Below are positions 60,923 through 64,000 of a stretch of 64,000 nt of DNA, piece after piece (within the stretch, counting starts at the first letter, position 1; each line of letters begins with the position of its first letter). The position numbers and the translations under genes are program-made. The DNA is from Gammaproteobacteria bacterium. GTDB taxonomy: Bacteria > Pseudomonadota > Gammaproteobacteria > JAKEHO01. A model generated the notes under the pieces. It had not been told where the DNA came from and searched no databases. It saw nothing but the letters and a program-made list of their open reading frames with translations. Location: NCBI GenBank assembly GCA_022614965.1, contig JAKEHO010000017.1, positions 54,280 through 118,279 on the forward strand, given 5' to 3'.

Positions 60923-62050
60923 TCACGCGACCTGCTGGCTAGTACAGGTCTCGCTTGACTTGTGCGCCGCGACCAATATGGGTATGCCAACAGGTCTCTC
61001 GTCGTAAACCACGGGGGGCTCTGGTACGAGCGGCCCCTCGGTGCGCGGGCCGCGTACCGCCACCCACAGCGCCTTTAAGGGATTCGTAAACGTGTCATTT
61101 ACTGCAGTGGGCTCGTAGCCGCAATGGACCATGCAGTCGGCACACTTCGGGTTGCGTCCTGTACCGTAATTTTCCCAGTGTGTCTCCTCCATAAGTTTCT
61201 TAAAAGTTGGCGCATAACCTTCGCCTACCAATAAATAACACGGCTTCTGCCAGCCAAACACATTACGTGTTGGATTGCCCCACGGCGTGCACTGGTAAGC
61301 CTGGTTACCCGCAAGGTAGTCGAGATAGAGCGATGATTGGTTAAACCGCCAACGTTGTCCCTTGCCAAGTTTGAAGATTTCGCGGAAGAGTTGATGGCTG
61401 GTTCGTCTTTTTAGGAATACATCCTGTTTTGGTGCGCGCTCGTAGCTATAACCCGGGGAGATCGTTACGCCTTCCACACCAAGTTCCATTGCAAAGTCAA
61501 GGAAATCTGCAACCTCGTTGGCCTGTTCTCCTTGAAACAAAGTGCAGTTGATGGTCACTCGAAAGCCTTTTTTTCGTGCCAGTTTGATCGTCTCGACAAC
61601 CTTGTCAAATACGCCCTCTCGGCACACGGATGCATCATGCCGTTCGCGGTTGCCGTCGAGATGAATCGAGAATGTGAGGTAAGGGGAAGGCCTGTAGTCG
61701 TCGATGCGCTTCTCAAGAAGCAGCGCGTTGGTGCAGAGATAAACGAATTTCTTGCGCTTGATGCAGCCCTCTACGATCTGCGGCATTTCCTTATGGATGA
61801 GAGGCTCGCCCCCAGGGATAGAAACAATAGGAGCGCCGCACTCGTCAACGGCGTCCATGCATTCCTCGTAGCTGAGACGTTTGTTCAGGATTTCGTCGGG
61901 ATAATCAATTTTTCCACAACCCGCGCAGGCCAAATTACACCGAAAGAGGGGCTCAAGCATAAGGACAAGCGGGTAACGCTCGACCCCGCGGAGTTTTTGC
62001 CAAAGGATGTACCTGCCCACGCGATACTGCTGAATTAAAGGAACACCCAT
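60923..62050 (-). CDS. hpnH: Adenosyl-hopene transferase, radical SAM HpnH
   Basis: YPLVLMLEPLFRCNLACAGCGKI (CX3CX2C), SIPGGEPL, CTPWGNPTRN.FGWQKPCYL, CADCMVHCGYE. Confidence 0.96.
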   Translation of the reverse strand: MGVPLIQQYRVGRYILWQKLRGVERYPLVLMLEPLFRCNLACAGCGKIDYPDEILNKRLSYEECMDAVDECGAPIVSIPGGEPLIHKEMPQIVEGCIKRKKFVYLCTNALLLEKRIDDYRPSPYLTFSIHLDGNRERHDASVCREGVFDKVVETIKLARKKGFRVTINCTLFQGEQANEVADFLDFAMELGVEGVTISPGYSYERAPKQDVFLKRRTSHQLFREIFKLGKGQRWRFNQSSLYLDYLAGNQAYQCTPWGNPTRNVFGWQKPCYLLVGEGYAPTFKKLMEETHWENYGTGRNPKCADCMVHCGYEPTAVNDTFTNPLKALWVAVRGPRTEGPLVPEPPVVYDERPVGIPILVAAHKSSETCTSQQVA

Positions 62051-62276
62051 CACCTTCCCCTTGAGTTATTCGGCGAAAAGCCGCTGATTGTGGATTTTCT
62101 TATTGCTTATTGGCACGGTAAGATAATGTAAAGACGCGGAAAAGTACAGGCCGCTTGGATGCCCTAGGCTCATTCTAACTGTACCGGGCCGGGGTGGTGG
62201 GAAAGTGAACGCGATGTCTTGCAACCGCTGGGGGCCCTATCCATAATGACAAGCTCGATCAACGCCACTGAACCGC

Positions 62277-64000
62277 ATGAGCAACGACCAACCTTATAAC
62301 CTGCTCGATTCAATCGATAGTCCTGAAGATCTGCGTCGCCTGCCCGAATCGCAACTCGTGCCGTTGGCGAAGGAACTCCGTGATTTTCTGCTTGCATCCG
62401 TAAGCCAAAGCGGCGGCCATTTTGCGGCTGGTCTTGGTACCGTGGAGCTCACCATCGCACTGCACTATGTCTTTAACACCCCGGAGCACCGGCTGGTCTG
62501 GGATGTCGGGCATCAGGCATACCCTCACAAGGTGTTGACTGGGCGGCGCGAACGTATGCACACGATTCGTAAGTGGGGCGGGTTGGCCCCGTTTCCGAAA
62601 CGTAGTGAAAGCCACTACGACACCTTTGGCACAGGTCATTCAAGCACCTCTATCAGCGCTGCCTTGGGCATGGCCATTGCAGCGGCGCGTCTCGGGATCG
62701 ACCGTAAGGTCGTGGCTGTCATCGGCGATGGCGGTATGACCGCAGGGATGGCCTTTGAAGCACTCAACCATGCTGGCGACCTTGGTACCAACTTGCTTGT
62801 CGTGCTCAACGACAATGACATGTCGATCTCCCCAAATGTTGGCGCGTTGTCCAATTACTTTGCCAAGGTGTTGTCAGGCAAGCTTTATTCGACCGTTCGT
62901 GAAGGCAGTAAGAAAGTCCTCCGAAAGATGCCGTCCGTTTGGGAACTCGCGCGGCGGGCCGAAGAGCACTTCAAAGGATTAATAATCCCGGGCACATTAT
63001 TTGAAGAATTAGGGTTCAACTATATCGGTCCCATTGATGGGCACGATCTGCCTACGCTTGTGACCACGCTGAAGAATCTCAGTTCCTTAAAGGGGCCCCA
63101 AATGCTGCACGTGGTCACACGCAAGGGCAAGGGTTATGCGCCTGCTGAGGCTGATCCGGTCAAATATCACGGCGTTACGCCGTTTGATCCGAAAACTGGC
63201 ATTATTGCTTCAAAATCGAAATCTAAGCCCACGTACAGTGAAATCTTCAGTGACTGGGTTTGTGACATGGCGGCCATGGATGAGCGACTGGTTGCGATTA
63301 CGCCCGCCATGCGCGAGGGTTCGGGGCTCGTCAGGTTCGCAAATGAATTCCCCGAGCGTTACTTTGACGTCGGGATCGCCGAACAGCACAGCGTCACCGT
63401 TGCGGCGGGCATGGCGTGTGATGGTCTCAAGCCAGTCGTAGCGATCTATTCAACTTTTCTTCAGCGAGCATACGATCAGCTTATACACGATATCATTAAT
63501 CAAGGCTTACCTGTGATGTTCGCTATTGATCGCGCAGGTCTGGTCGGTGCGGATGGGCCGACCCACAACGGCAGCTTCGATCTGACGTATCTTCGCTGTT
63601 TGCCTAACATGGTGGTGATGGCGCCTTCAAATGAGAACGAGTGTCGGCAGATGCTCTATACCGCCTTTCTGCTCGATAAGCCGAGTGCCGTGCGCTATCC
63701 GCGCGGAAGTGGCCCGGGGGTAGCAATAGAACCGGCGATGAAGGCGCTGCCAGTTGGGAAGGCTGAGCTACTCCGCAAGGGGAAAGGGATTGCGATCCTT
63801 GCCTTTGGCACGATGGTGCGGATCGCGCAGGACGCTGCTGAGGAGCTGGATGCGACGGCAGTCAATATGCGATTTGTAAAGCCGCTTGATGAGGACATGA
63901 TCTTGCAATTGGCCGCCCGGCACGATCTGTTGGTGAGTATTGAAGAGAACGTTGTGGCAGGGGGCGCTGGCAGTGGGATTGGCGAGTGCCTCGCGGCCCA
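62277..64000 (+). CDS. dxs: 1-deoxy-D-xylulose-5-phosphate synthase (3' end beyond window)
   Basis: Absent from the ORF track because it has no stop in the window. Hand translation from ATG 62277 gives [99 protein letters not shown]. Confidence 0.97.
   Translation, partial: MSNDQPYNLLDSIDSPEDLRRLPESQLVPLAKELRDFLLASVSQSGGHFAAGLGTVELTIALHYVFNTPEHRLVWDVGHQAYPHKVLTGRRERMHTIRKWGGLAPFPKRSESHYDTFGTGHSSTSISAALGMAIAAARLGIDRKVVAVIGDGGMTAGMAFEALNHAGDLGTNLLVVLNDNDMSISPNVGALSNYFAKVLSGKLYSTVREGSKKVLRKMPSVWELARRAEEHFKGLIIPGTLFEELGFNYIGPIDGHDLPTLVTTLKNLSSLKGPQMLHVVTRKGKGYAPAEADPVKYHGVTPFDPKTGIIASKSKSKPTYSEIFSDWVCDMAAMDERLVAITPAMREGSGLVRFANEFPERYFDVGIAEQHSVTVAAGMACDGLKPVVAIYSTFLQRAYDQLIHDIINQGLPVMFAIDRAGLVGADGPTHNGSFDLTYLRCLPNMVVMAPSNENECRQMLYTAFLLDKPSAVRYPRGSGPGVAIEPAMKALPVGKAELLRKGKGIAILAFGTMVRIAQDAAEELDATAVNMRFVKPLDEDMILQLAARHDLLVSIEENVVAGGAGSGIGECLAA

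Noticed and set aside
1..64000. CRISPR arrays, tRNA/rRNA, IS elements, integrases, toxin-antitoxin or defence genes
   Set aside because: None seen; nearly all sequence is explained by recognisable CDSs and no periodic repeats were noticed by eye.

Overview
A gene-dense chromosomal segment of a Gammaproteobacterium, judged from protein style and synteny. It holds about 54 CDSs, all intact except dxs, which is cut by the window edge. I found no rRNA, tRNA, CRISPR array, transposase or prophage gene. In order: pheA-hisC-tyrA-aroA-cmk-rpsA-ihfB-lapA-lapB-pyrF-mfd-csiV; hpt-mtnP(MTI phosphorylase); nfeD-SPFH-AcuC-type deacetylase; glyA-nrdR-ribD-ribE-ribB(X)-ribH-nusB-thiL-yafJ-fumC; then a ~13.5 kb LPS/lipid A island (28.6-42.1 kb); acnA-mnmA-nudJ; nhaD; yhdP-rng; glcDEF; and a hopanoid unit (hpnH-hpnB-hpnM-mlaA) divergent from dxs. 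The island carries two SAM methyltransferases around gnnA/gnnB-like genes, an O-antigen ligase, GT2, GT4, DUF6165, kdkA, lpxI-lpxB, a CPBP protease and a divergent stand-alone lpxA. The two best leads are (1) this apparently mosaic lipid A pathway, possibly a second one, which points to a diaminoglucose backbone, Kdo-phosphate and LpxI in a gammaproteobacterium, and (2) a two-hairpin, pseudoknot-capable leader upstream of nhaD that resembles Na+/Li+ riboswitches. Smaller oddities are an in-frame tyrA-TGA-aroA junction, an ATA at the usual ihfB start and a degenerate RibBX domain. All family calls come from motif recognition by eye; no database searches were run.
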